From: Mobula hypostoma
Lineage: Eukaryota
Length of the DNA stretch: 64,000 nucleotides
Direction of reading: 5' to 3'
Assembly: GCF_963921235.1 (NCBI RefSeq)
Contig: NC_086101.1
Span: forward strand, 992,001-1,056,000
The notes below the pieces were generated by a model. That model made no database searches. It saw nothing but the letters and a program-made list of their open reading frames with translations, and was not told where the DNA came from. A program made the position numbers and the translations under genes. Of the stretch, positions 1 to 11,959 are shown piece by piece; within the stretch, counting starts at the first letter, position 1, and every line of letters begins with the position of its first letter.

Positions 1-932
1 TTATTGAGGACCTCGCTCACTTCCACAGCCTCCAGGCACATCTTCCCACCTTTATCTCCAATCAGTCCTTTTGCTACTCCTGTCATCCTTTTGTTCTTCA
101 CATAATTGAAGAATGCCTTGGGTTTTCCTTTACCCTACTCGCCAAGGCCTTCTCATGCCCCCTTCTTGCTCTCCTCAGCCCCTTCTTATGCTCCTTTCTT
201 GCTTCCCTATATTCCTCAATAGACCCATCTGATCCTTGCTTCCTAAACCTCATGTATGCTGCCTTCTTCCACCTGACTAGATTTTCTACCTCACTTGTCC
301 CCCATGGTTCCCTCACCCTACCATTCTTTATCTTCCTCACCAGGACAAATTTATCCCTTACATCCTGCAAGAGATCCCTAAACATCGACCACATGTCCAT
401 AGTACATTTCCCTGCAAAAACATTATCCCAATTCACACCCGCAAGTTCTAGCCTTATAGCCTCATAATTTGCCCTTCCCCAATTAAAAATTTTCCTGTCC
501 TCTCTGATTCTCTCCTTTTCCATGATAATGCTAAAGGCTAGGGAGCGGTGGTCACTGTCCCCCAGATGCTCACCCACTGAGAGATCTGTGACCTGACCCG
601 GTTCATTACCTAATACTAGATCTAATATGGCATTCCCCCGGTCGGCCTGTCAACATACTGTGACAGGAATCCGTCCTGGACACACTTAACAAACTCTGCC
701 CCATCTAAACCCTTGGAACTAATCAGGTGCCAATCAATATTAGGGAAGTTAAAGTCACCCATGATAACAACCCTGTTATTTTTGCACCTTTCCAAAATCT
801 GCCTCCCAATCTGCTCCTCTGTATCTCTGCTGCTACCAGGGGGCCTATAGAATACCCCCAAAAGAGAAACTGCTCCCTTCCTGTTCCTGACTTCCACCCA
901 TACTGACTCAAAAGAGGATCCTACTACATTAC
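1..932 (-). mobile_element. CR1 LINE (family A) ORF2 fragment: endonuclease and linker; continues at 7819-8480
   Basis: ORFs 622-972 and 98-577 carry APE motifs (GVFYRPP, IMGDFNFPNIDW, SDH). Reverse complement closely matches 63535-64000. Confidence 0.93.
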
Positions 933-956
933 ATAGAACATAGAATAGTACAGCAC

Positions 957-2278
957 AGACTGGTAAAAGCATTCAGTAAATTTTTCACACTGGTAGGTCT
1001 GCCCAAAGAAATTCAATTTGACCATTGTAGTAACCTTACTTCGAGAACATTCCAGTGGATAGTTGGAGAATTGGGAGCTAAGCACACTGTGTCATCTGCA
1101 TATCATACAGAGTCCGAGGGAGCCTTGGAACGGTTCAACTCCACTCTTAAGACCATGATTAAAACATATTGTGTGAAAAATGGGAAAAACTGGGATGAGG
1201 GGGTTCCCCTACTTTTATTTACTGTTGGAGATACGATTCAAAAATCATTGGAGGGTAGCCTGTTTGAACCTGTGTTCAGTTACAGGCCAAAAGGACCTTT
1301 GACCCTACTCAGAGACACTATGGTCTGATTTGGAAACATGTGTCAGTGTGCTTAATTATGTTTTAACATTCTGGGAGCAATTTAATAAGGGTTGTGATCT
1401 GGCAAGGGAAAGTTTGCGGAATGTTCAAATTGAAACAAAACACTTGTTTGATAAGATGGCACCTGGGAGAACTGTTATGAAAACAAATGGAGATATAGAG
1501 GCTGAAAATGAGATGAAAAAACATTTCACCAAACCGAACTTAGTATCAACAAGATGTAAGACTTCCATTGTTTTGAAAAATATTACTGATAAGGTCCATC
1601 AGTTGGAACCTACACTGCAAAAACAAGTGAAAGAATTAATTGGCAAGCAGGAAGATTTATTCCCTGACATTCTAAGACAGTGTACAGCTGAAGGGCATGA
1701 CGTCATTGTAAATTCAGCCCAGCCCATCAGGGAGCATCCTTACAGAATGAATTTAGAGGAAAGTAACATGGTTGAACAAGAAATTAGAAACAAGAAAGAA
1801 CCAGGAAAGAGAGTGGGTGACTGTATTGATAGAGTAGGAAAGACTAACTACCTTACAAAGATTGAATTGTTAAAAGGATGCCGGGGTGTTCCTTTCACAG
1901 AGAAGGCTAAAGAGATATCAGCATTTGTGACACCGTCTAGACTGTATGAATATAATGTTTTACCCTTCGGGATGAAAGATGCTCCAGGGACATTTCAAAG
2001 AATGATCAATTCTGTGATTGGAGGTTTAGAAAACACAGGGGCTGATAACGATGATGTAGTGGTCTGGAATGACACGTGGGAAGAGCATATCGCAGCGGTA
2101 GAAAAACTGTTTGACAGACTTTCCAAAGCCAATCTTACTGTAAACCTCACTAAAAGTGAGTTTGGCCATTCCAGAGTTACATATCTGGGCTACGTGGTAG
2201 GCCAGGGTCGACTGGCTCCTGTACAGGCCAGCGTTCAAGCTGTTGCTGAAGTTCCTATTCCAGCTGGCAAGAAAGCTT
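957..2278 (+). mobile_element. Gmr1-like Gypsy fragment (integrase C-terminus then RT); near-identical copy of 50335-51657
   Basis: SSAYHTESEGALERF integrase motif precedes LPFGMKDAPGTFQR and a degenerate xxDD RT motif. Protein translations almost identical to ORFs 50449 and 50708. Confidence 0.92.
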
Positions 2279-3410
2279 TAGAACATAGAATAGTACAGCA
2301 CAATACAGGCTCTTCATCCCACAATGTTGTGCCGACCCTCAAACCCTGCCTCCCGTATAACCACCCAACTTAAATTCCTCCAAATACCTGTCTAGTAGTC
2401 TCTTAAACTTCACTAGTGTATCTGCCTCCACCACTGACTCAGGCAGTGCATTCACGCACCAACCACTCTCTGAGTGAAAAACCTTCCTCTAATATCCCCC
2501 TTGAACTTCCCACCCCTTACCTTAAAGGCATGTCCTCTTGTATTGAGCAGTGGTGCCCTGGGGAAGAGGCGCTGGCTAGCCACTCTATCTAGTCCTCTTA
2601 TTATCTTGTACACCTCTATCATGTCTCCTCTCATTCTCCTTCTCTCCAAAGAGTAAAGCCCTAGCTCCCTTAATCTCTGATCATAATGCATACTTTCTAA
2701 ACCAGGCAGCATCCTGGTAAATCTCCTCTGTACCCTTTCCAATGCTTCCACATCCTTCCTATAGTGAGGTGACCAGAACTGGACACAGTACTCCAAGTGT
2801 GGCCTAACCAGAGTTTTATAGAGCTGCATCATTACATCACGACTCTTAAACTCTATCCCTCGACTTATGAAAGCTAACACCCCATAAGCTTTCTTAACTA
2901 CCCTATCCACCTGTGAGGCAACTTTCAGGGATCTGTGGACATGTACCCCGAGATCCCTCTGCTCCTCCACACTACCAAGTATCCTGCCATTTACTTTGTA
3001 CTCTGCCTTGGAGTTTGTCCTTCCAAAGTGTACCACCTCACACTTCTCCGGGTTGAACTCCATCTGCCACTTCTCAACCCACTTCTGCATCCTATCAATG
3101 TCTCTCTGCAATCTTTGACAATCCTCTACACTATCTACAACACCACCAACCTTTGTGTTGTCTGCAAACTTGCCAACCCACCCTTCAACCCCCACATCAT
3201 GGTCGTTAATAAAAATCACGAAAAGTAGAGGTTCCAGAACAGATCCTTGTGGGACACCACTAGTCAGAATCCTCCAATCTGAATGTACTCCCTCCACCAC
3301 CACCCTCTGCCTTCTGCAGGCAAGGCAATTCTGAATCCACCTGGCCAAACTTCCCTAGATCCCATGCCTTCTAACTTTCTGAATAAGCCTACCATGTGGA
3401 ACCTTGTCAA
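2279..3410 (-). mobile_element. 5'-truncated CR1 (family A) RT and 3' end
   Basis: ORF 2452-3348 (GVPQGSVL, LVRPHLEYCVQFW). ctattctatgttcta tail on the minus strand at about 2279-2295. Confidence 0.93.
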
Positions 3411-3835
3411 CCCTTTCCATATAACAATTATGGCACGGAAACAGGCCATCTCGGCCCATCTAGTCTGTGCCGAATGCTTACTCTCACCTAGTCCCACCGA
3501 CCTACACTCAGCCCATAAGCCTCCATTCCTTTCCTGTCTGTATAGCTATCCAATTTTACTTTAAATGACAACATCGAACCTGCCTCTACTACTTCTGCTG
3601 GAAGCTCGTTCCACACAGCCACCACTCTCTGAGTAAAGAAGTTCCCCCTCATGTTACCCCTAAACTTTTGTCCTTTAACTCTCAACTCATGTCCTCTTGC
3701 TTGAATCTCCCCTACTCTCAATGGAAAAAGCCTATGCACGTCAACTCTATCCATCCCCCTCATAATTTTAAATACCTCTGTCAAGTCCCCCCTCAACCTT
3801 CTACGCTCCAAAGAATAAAGACACAACTTGTTCAA

Positions 3836-4114
3836 GCAACATACATCAAAGTTGCTGGTGAACGCAGCAGGCCAAGCAGCATCTATAGGAAGAGGCGCAG
3901 TCGACGTTTCAGGCCGAGACCCTTCGTCAGGACTAACTGAAGGAAGAGTGAAGGAACACTCTTCCTTCAGTTAGTCCTGACGAAGGGTCTCGGCCTGAAA
4001 CGTCGACTGCGCCTCTTCCTATAGATGCTGCTTGGCCTGCTGCGTTCACCAGCAACTTTGATGTATGTTGCTTGAATTTCCAGCATCTGCAGAATTCCTG
4101 TTGTTTGCGTTTAA
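3836..4114. mobile_element. Penelope-like pseudo-LTR mini-insertion; perfect palindrome with 120-bp arms
   Basis: Arms 3831-3950 and 3957-4076 are exact reverse complements with a 6-nt spacer. 15-bp TSD acacaacttgttcaa at 3821-3835 and 4115-4129. The same sequence flanks the GIY-YIG ORF at 42.4-43.4 kb. Confidence 0.9.
3973..4008 (+). ncRNA. Minimal type I hammerhead ribozyme motif (mirror copy on the minus strand at 3899-3934)
   Basis: agtc-CTGACGA-agggtctcggcct-GAAA-c-GTC-gact: stem I agtc/gact, conserved core, short stem II, palindromic loopless stem III, GUC cleavage triplet. Confidence 0.82.
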
Positions 4115-7100
4115 ACACAACTTGTTCAACCTTTCTCTGTAACTTAGGTGCTGAAACCCAGGTAACATTCCAGTAAATCTTCTCAGTACTCTGTTTTGTT
4201 GACATCTTTCCTATAATTCAGTGACCAGATCTGTGCACAATACTCCAAATTTGGCCTTACCAAGGCCTTATACAATTTCAACATTACATCCCAACTCCTA
4301 TTTTCAATGCTCTGATTTATAAAGGTCAGCATGACAAAAATTTTCTTCACCACCCTATCCACATGAGATTCCACCTTCAGGGAACTATGCAGCATTATTC
4401 CTAGATCCCTCTGTTCTACAGCATTCTTCAATGCCCTACCATTTACCAGGTATGTCCTGTTTTGATTTGTCCTACCAAATTGCAGCACCTCACGTTTATC
4501 AGCATTAAACTCCATCTGCCATCTTTCAGCCCACTCTTCTAACTGGCCACAATCTCTCTGCAAGCTTTGAAAGCCTACTTCATTATCCACAACGCCACCT
4601 ATCTTAGTATCATCTGCTTACTTATTCATCCAATTTACCACCCCATCACCCAGATCATTAATGTATATGACAAACATCATTGGACCCAGTACAGATCCCT
4701 GAGGCACACCACTAGTCACCGCCCTCAATCTGACAAACAGTTATCCACCACTACTCTCTGGCATCTCCCATCTGGCCACTGTTCAATCCATTTTACAACT
4801 TCAATATTAATACCTAATGATTGAACCTTCCTAACTAACCTTCTGTGTGGAACCTTGTCAAAGGCCTTACTGAAGTCCACATAGACAATATCCACCGCTT
4901 TACCCTCATCAACCGTCCTAGTAACCGCTTCAAAAAATTCAATAAGATTTGTCAAACATGACCTTCCACGCACAAATCCATTTTGACTGTTCCTAATCAG
5001 ACCCTGTCTATCCAGATAATTATATATACCATCTCTAAGAATAGTTTCCATTAATTTACCCACCACTGATGTCAAACTTACAGGCCGATAATTGCTAGGT
5101 TTACTCTTAGAACCCTTTTTAAACAATGGAACAACATGAGCAATACGCCAATCCTCCGGCACCATCCCCGTTTCTAATGACATTTGAAATATTTCTGTCA
5201 GAGACCCTACTATTTCTACACTAACTTCCCTCAAGGTCTAAGGGAATATCCTGTCAGGACCCAGAGACTTATCCACTATTATATTCCTTAAAAGCGCCAA
5301 TACTTCCTCTTCTTTAATCATTATAGTTTCCATAACTTCCCTACCTGTTTCCCTTACCTTACACAGTTCAATATCCTTCTACTTAGTGAATACCGAAGAA
5401 AAGAAATTGTTGAAACCGTCCCCCATCTCTTGTGGTTTGCTATTAATATAACTGCAGAAACATTTTGGATTTATTTTCACCTTACTTGCCTTGTATCTTC
5501 TTTTAGCTTTTCTAATTTCTTTCTTAAGATTCTTTTTACATTCTTTATATTCCTTGAGCACCTCATTTACTCCATGCTGCCTATATTTTTTGTAGATATC
5601 TCTCTTTTTCTGAACCAAGTTTCCAATATCCCTTGAAAACTATAGCTTGCTCAAACTTTTAGCCTTTTCTTTCAACCTAACAGGAACACAAAGATTATGT
5701 ACCCTCAAAATTTCACATTTAAATAAAATCCATTTCTCTATTACATCCTTCCCACAAAACAAATTGTCCCAATCCACTCCTTCTAAATCCTTTTGCATCT
5801 CCTCAAAGTTAACCTTCCTCCAATCAAAAATCACAACCAGACTTATCCTTCTCCATAATTATATTGAAACTAATGGCATTGTGATCACTGGAACCCGAAT
5901 TGCTCCCCAACACATACCTCTGTCACCTGACCTATCTCATTCCCTAAAAAAAGATCCAACACTGCCCCTTCTCTAGTTGGTACCTCTGTGTATTGCTGCA
6001 AAAAACTATCCTGCACACATTTTACAAACTCCGACCTATCCAGCCTTTTTTCAGTATGGGCGTCCCAGTCTATGTGTGGAAAATTAAAATCTCCCACAAT
6101 CACAACCTTGTGCTTGCTACAAATATCTGCTATCTCCTTACAAATTTGCTCCTCCAATTCTCGGTCCGCATTAGGTGGTCTATAATACACCCCTATAAGT
6201 GTTACTACACCTTTCCCATTCCTCATTTCCACCCAAATAGCCTCCCTCAACGAGCCTTCTAATCTATCCTGCAGAGCACTGCTGTAATATTTTCTCTGAT
6301 AAGCAATGCAACACCTCCCCCTCTTGTCCCTCTAATTCTATCATACCTGAAGCAATGAAATCCAGAAATATTTAGTAGCCAATCACACCCCTGCTGCAAC
6401 TCTGTTTCACTAATAGCTACAATATCATGTTTCCAGGTATCAATCCATGCTCTAAGCTCATCCACCTTTCTTAAAGTGCTCCTAGCATTAAAATAAATGC
6501 ATTTAAGAAATTTTCTATCTCTTACTCTCTGTTTATCACTAACAGTTCAAACATCTTTACTATCTCCTTTTTCTTCCTTCTCCCCTACATCTGTTCCTAC
6601 TCTCTGGTTTCCCTCCCCCCTTGTATCTAGTTAAAACCCACTGGAGACTCTCTAGCAAACCTACCTGCAAGATCATTTGTCCCCCTCTAGTTCAGATGTA
6701 ACCTGTCCCGCCGGAACAGGTCCCACCTTCCCTGGAAAACTGCCCAGTTATCTATAAATCTGAAGCCCTCCCTCCTGCACTATGTCTTCAGCCCCGTGTT
6801 GATCTGAGCTATCTTACTATTTCTAAACCCGCCTGCACGTGGCACTGGTAGCAATCCTGAGATTGCTATCCTGGAGGTCCTGTCCTTTAACTTGGCGCGT
6901 AACGCACGAAACTCACCTTTCAGGACCTCCTCACTCTTTCTACCCACGTCGTTGGTCCCTACATGGACCATGAATCTGGCTGCTCACCCTCCCTCCGCGA
7001 GATATCATGGACCTTGGCACCAGGGAGGCAACAGACCATCTGGGATTCTCGATCTCTTCCACAGAACTTCTTATCTGTCCCCCTAACTATCGATTCCCCT

Positions 7101-7818
7101 ATCACTACTGCTCTCCTCTTTTCCCTTCTGAGCTGAGGGCCTAGTCTCGGTGCCAGAGTCGCAACCACTGCAACTTGTCCCTGGTAGGTCGTCCTCAACA
7201 ACAGTATCCAAAATGATATACTTATTATTGGCGGGAACAACCACAGGGGTGCTCTGCTCATTCTGTCTATTCCCCTTCTCTCTCCTGACAGTCACCCAGC
7301 TACCTGTCTCCTGACTCTTAGGGGTGACTGTCTCCCTGTAACTCCTGTTTATTTCTGCCTCTGCCTCCCAAAATATCCGAAGTTTATCCAGATTCAGCTC
7401 CAGCTCCCTAACTCGGTTTGTCAGGAGCTGCAGCTGGATGCACCTTTTGCAGGTGTAGTCATCAGGGACGATTGTGCTCGCCCTGAATTCCCACGTACTG
7501 CAAACAGAACACTCGACTGTCCTAACTGCTGCCTCTATTACCTACTCCTAAGTTGATTAGAGTAATTAAAGGAACTTACCCGACCTTACCTCACTGGGAG
7601 CAGGTTCGTCCTCAGCCTCTGCTCGCCAAAGCCTCTCGAGCCAAAGCCTTCCTACTCTGTTGCCCGCTACAACATCGCCCACTCTGTTAATCTGCTCGCT
7701 CTTTAACTCTCCCGCTGCCTCATGGTCCGACTTTCATGCGCTTGCGCAGTCATGCCCCGTTCAACCGCCGAAGAAATAACCGACCCTTCTCAATCTGCTT
7801 GCTTTTTCAATCTGCTCG

Positions 7819-8480
7819 CTTTCTGTGGCTGTAATAGTATCCCTGACTAGTAATGCCACCCCTCCTCCCCTTTCCCCCCTCTCTATTCCTTTTAAAGCAC
7901 TGAAATCCAGGAATATTGAGAATCCATTCCTGCCCTGGTGCCAGCCAAGTCTCTGTAATGGCCACTACATCATAATTCCATGTATGTATCCAAGCTCTCA
8001 GTTCATCACCTTTGTTCCTGATGCTTCTTGCATTGAGGTACACCCATTTCAGCCCTTCCACCTTACTGTCTTTACACCGGTTATTCTGCTTCTCTTTCCT
8101 CAAAGCCTCTCTATATGTTAGACCTGGCTTTCTTCATGCACTTTTCTTGCAGTTCTCGCATGACCTTTTTCCTCCTCCACCTCACTATCTGCTTTAACAC
8201 TCTTGTTCCCCTCACCCTGCAAATCTAGTTTAAACCCCCCCCCGGAGCAGCACTAGCAAACCTTCCCACAAGGATGTTAGTCCCCCTCCAATTCAGGTGT
8301 AACCCGTCCCGTCGGAACAGGTTCCACCTTCCCTGGAACAAAGCCCAATTATCCAGAAACACGAAGCCTCCCTCCCCCACCAACTCCTTAGCCACATATT
8401 CAGCTGCATTATCTTCCTACTTCTAGCCTCACTAGCACGTGGCACGGGTAGCAATCCTGAGATTGCAACCCTGGAAGTCC
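7819..8480 (-). mobile_element. CR1 family A, end of ORF1 and start of ORF2; upstream continuation of the element at 1-932
   Basis: YLNARSIRNKGDELR and AITETWL. Matches the reverse complement of about 62870-63530 and joins 1-932 with only about 3-5 nt missing. Confidence 0.9.
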
Positions 8481-9898
8481 GAAAAATAAAAGAAAAGTAT
8501 AACATAGCAAAGATGAGCAGGAAGCCAGAGGATTTAAAGAGCAACAGAAGATAACTAAAAAGGCAATACAGGGAGAAAAGATGGGGTACGAAGGTAAACT
8601 AGCTTAGAATATAAATGAGGATAGTAAAAGCTTCTTTAGGTATGTGAAGAGGAAAAAAGTAGTTAAGACCAAAATTGGGCCCTTGAAGACAGAAACGGGT
8701 GAATTTATTATGGGGATCAAAGAACTGGCAGACAAGTTGAACAGGTACTTTGGATCTGTCTTCACTAGGGAAGACACAAACAATCTCCCAGATGTAACAG
8801 TGGCCCGAGGACCTAGGGTAACGGAGGAACTGAAGGAAATTCACATTAGGCAGAAAATGGTGTTGGATAGACTGATGGGACTGAAGGCTGATAAATCCCC
8901 AGGGCCTGATTGTCTGCACCCCAGGGTACTTAAGGAGGTGGCTCTAGAAATTGTGGACACATTGGTAATCATTTTCCAATGTCCTATAGATTCAGGATCA
9001 GTTCCTGTAGACTGGAGGGTAGCTAATTTTATCCCACTTTTTAAGAAAGGAGGGAGAGAGAAAACAGGGAATTATAGACCAGTTAGCCTGACATCAGTGG
9101 TGGGGAAGATGCTGGAGTCAATATAGCAGTAACAGGATCGGTCCGAGTCAGCATGGATTTACGCAGGGAAAATCATGCTTGACTAATCTTCTGGAATTTT
9201 TTTAAGGATGTAACTATGAAAATGGACAAGGGAGAGCCAGTGGATGTAGTGTACCTGGACTTCCAGAAAGTCGTTGATAAAGTCCCACATAGGAGATTAG
9301 TGGGCAAAGTTAGGGCACATGGTATTGGGGGCAGAGTACTGACATGGATAGAAAATTGGTTGGTAGACAGGAAACAAAGAGTAGTAATTAATGGGTCCCT
9401 TTCAGAATGGCAGGCAGTGACTAGTGGGGTACCGCAAGGCTCAGTGCTGGGACCGCAGCTATTTACAATATACATTAATGATTTAGGTGAAGGGATTAAA
9501 AGTAACGTTAGCAAATTTGCAGATGACACAAAGCTGGGTGGCAGTGTGAAATGTGAGGAGGATGTTATGAGAATGCAGGGTGACTTGGACAGGTTGGGTG
9601 AGTGGGCAAATTCAGTTTAAGATGGATAAATGTGAGGTTATCCACTTTGGTGGCAAGAACAGGAAGGCAGATTACTGTCTGAATGGTGTCAAGTTAGGAA
9701 AAGGGGAAGTAGAATGAGATCCAGGTGTCCTTGTACATCAGTCACTGAAAGTAAGCATGCAGGCACAGCAGGCAGTGAAGAAAGCTAATGGCATGTTGGC
9801 CTTCATAACAAGGGGAATTGAGTATAGGAGAAAAGAGGTCCTTCTGCAGTTGTACAGGGCACAGGTGAGACCACACCTGGAGTATTATGTGCAGTTTT
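8481..9898 (+). mobile_element. CR1 (family B) RT fragment, decayed
   Basis: ORFs 8644-9126, 9216-9620 (FADDTKL) and 9757-9948. Confidence 0.92.
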
Positions 9899-10430
9899 TG
9901 TCACATGGGATGCTGGTAATGGACTCAAATGCAAGACACGGACACTGAAGTATAAGGAACAGGACTTGACTAGAGTAGGGACATGACAGGATTCAGACCA
10001 GGAGCAGGGACAAGAACGCAGACTTGGACTAGGGAAAGCGGGACCAGGACTAGAAACCATGGACTAGGAGACAAGGTTTCAAATCCGAGCCCAAGACTGG
10101 ACAAGGACCCAGAACCTGGGTCTTGCCTTGGGCTCGGACCCCAGAACCAGGCAAGGACATGACATAGCTTCAGGACAGGATGTGGCTGGGGTCTAGAGTC
10201 CTGAGCTTGGAGACAGGCTGGGGTCTTTGCTCCAGAGGCATGGAGGCTGGGGTCTCGGTCCTGGGCAGGACGCAGAACTTCACCTCACGGAGGCAAGGAC
10301 AGGGAGGGACAGACCCAACCGCAGGGTAATGGCAAGATGGCCTGCTTACCTGAAGGAGGCAAGGGACAGGAAGGGACAGAACCAACCGCAGGGTAACGGC
10401 CATGTCTCAAGACCAAGACCCCAGCCTCCA
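9899..10430 (-). mobile_element. Partial LTR (3' half) of the TGTCA...TGACA LTR family
   Basis: Begins tgtcac. Reverse complement matches the 3' ends of the solo LTRs at 28474-29657 and 40636-41999. Confidence 0.8.
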
Positions 10431-10454
10431 AAACTAGAGAAATAAGAGGTGGTC

Positions 10455-11945
10455 TGACTGAAACAGACACAGTTTCACAGGGTAGGGGCAGGAATGATGC
10501 TTTGCCTGGCCGGGGGGTGGGGTGGAGGGGTGTGGATCCAGGGATCACAGACTCAAAATCCGAGGACACCTCAGCAGGGCTGAGATGCGGAGAAATTTCC
10601 TCACCCAGATTGTGGTGAATATTTGGAAGTTTCTTCACAAGTTTTCTAAATTCAAAAGGCAAATTTAGGGGCTCAGGATTATGGGAACGTTGCAGGAAAG
10701 TGGCGCTGATGCCGAAGATCAGGCGTATTCTGAGGAAAGGGTAGAACAGGCGCAACGGGCCGAATGACCACGCCTGCTCCTGTTTCTTATTTTCTAAAGC
10801 ACGAGTTTACCTTTGCTCCTTGTTCTCCCTTGGTTTTCAGCCATTCGGATTGCACAGGGCAGCGGTGAGAGCTCCGGAGATCCATCGGCAGCCGCTGCGG
10901 GGCAGCTCCCGTCTCCCAGCAGCAGGGGTCGGGTCTCGAACAATTCCGGTCATTTGAGCCCGATCCTCGGCGGGGAAAGGCCGGGCGCCCTCCGTGTAGC
11001 TGAAACATCTCACGGAATCTCCGCCAGTCTCTTCAGCACCGTCTTCGAAAGGATCAAGACCCGGCGGGTATTGCAGCCGAAACCCGAGGTGCAGCTCCCA
11101 GTCTCCGGCCTCTCCCGGGCATCAGTCGTTCCAGGTTCCAGACTCCGGCCCGCTTCCAGCGCTCAGCGTCCCGCCCACTGACACCCCACAGCCAATGAGA
11201 GCATGTTTCTCTCAGAAGTAGTCGCTGATTGGCTGTTAGTGTGTCTGAGAACGGGCTGCTGCCGGGAGCTGGAGATGTCAGTCACAGTTCGTCTTCAGAA
11301 TCAAAGGAAGTTCCCCTAAACTCAAACTTAAAAGTAAATTTTTGTTATCCGAGTACATATAAATCACCACGTACAACCCCGAGAATCATTTTCCTGCGGA
11401 CATATTTAGAAAAAGTATAGAATAGTAACCATAGCAAAAGCAGGTAAGATAACAAACTATGCAAATACAAGTATAAATAAATATCGATAAATAACGAGGA
11501 CATGAAGTAACCGCAGCGGTTGCCGATGGATCTCCGGAGCTCTCACCGCTGCCCTGTGCAATCCGAATGGCTGAAAACCAAGGGAGGACAAGGCGCAAAA
11601 GTAAACTCGTGCTTTAGAAAATAAGAAACAGGAGCAGGCGTGGTCATTCGGCCCCTTGCGCTGTTCTGCCCCTCACTTAGAAATGGCTGATCTTTGACCT
11701 CAGCGCCATTTTCCTTCAAAGTTCCCATCCATCATCGCCGAGCCCCTAAATGTGTCTTTTTAGTTTAGAAAACCTGTGGAGAAAACTCCAAATATTCACC
11801 GCACTCTGGATGGGGAAATTTCTCCTCATCTCAGTCCTTCTGAGGTGACCTCGGACTTTGAGTCTGTGACCCCTGGTTCCACACCCCAGCCAGGAGAAAC
11901 AGCATTCCTGCCCCTACCCCGTGAGACTGTGTCTGTCTCAGTCAG
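10455..11945. repeat. Inverted duplication (about 10455-10900 vs 11511-11945) around a CpG-rich core
   Basis: ccgcagcggYtgccgatggatctccggagctctcaccgctgccctgtgcaatccgaatggctgaaaaccaagggag is present on opposite strands; similarity continues for about 440 bp. Confidence 0.85.
10860..11280. promoter_or_regulatory. CpG-island-like putative promoter
   Basis: High GC and CpG content in a CpG-poor background. GC box cccgccc at about 11170, agccaat at about 11190, inverted CCAAT (attggct) at about 11228. Confidence 0.5.
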
Positions 11946-11959
11946 GAAGCTTCTCCATG

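Larger units (their letters stand above)
3411..7818 (-). mobile_element. Full-length but decayed CR1 LINE (family F): 5' UTR, esterase-type ORF1, EN-RT ORF2, 3' UTR
   Basis: Collinear frameshifted fragments: AVVIGESIVR and VHVGTND (SGNH esterase), GVYYRPP and GDFNFP (EN), NYRPVSLTS and DFSKAFDKVPH (RT). 5' UTR resembles 61930-62180. Confidence 0.92.
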
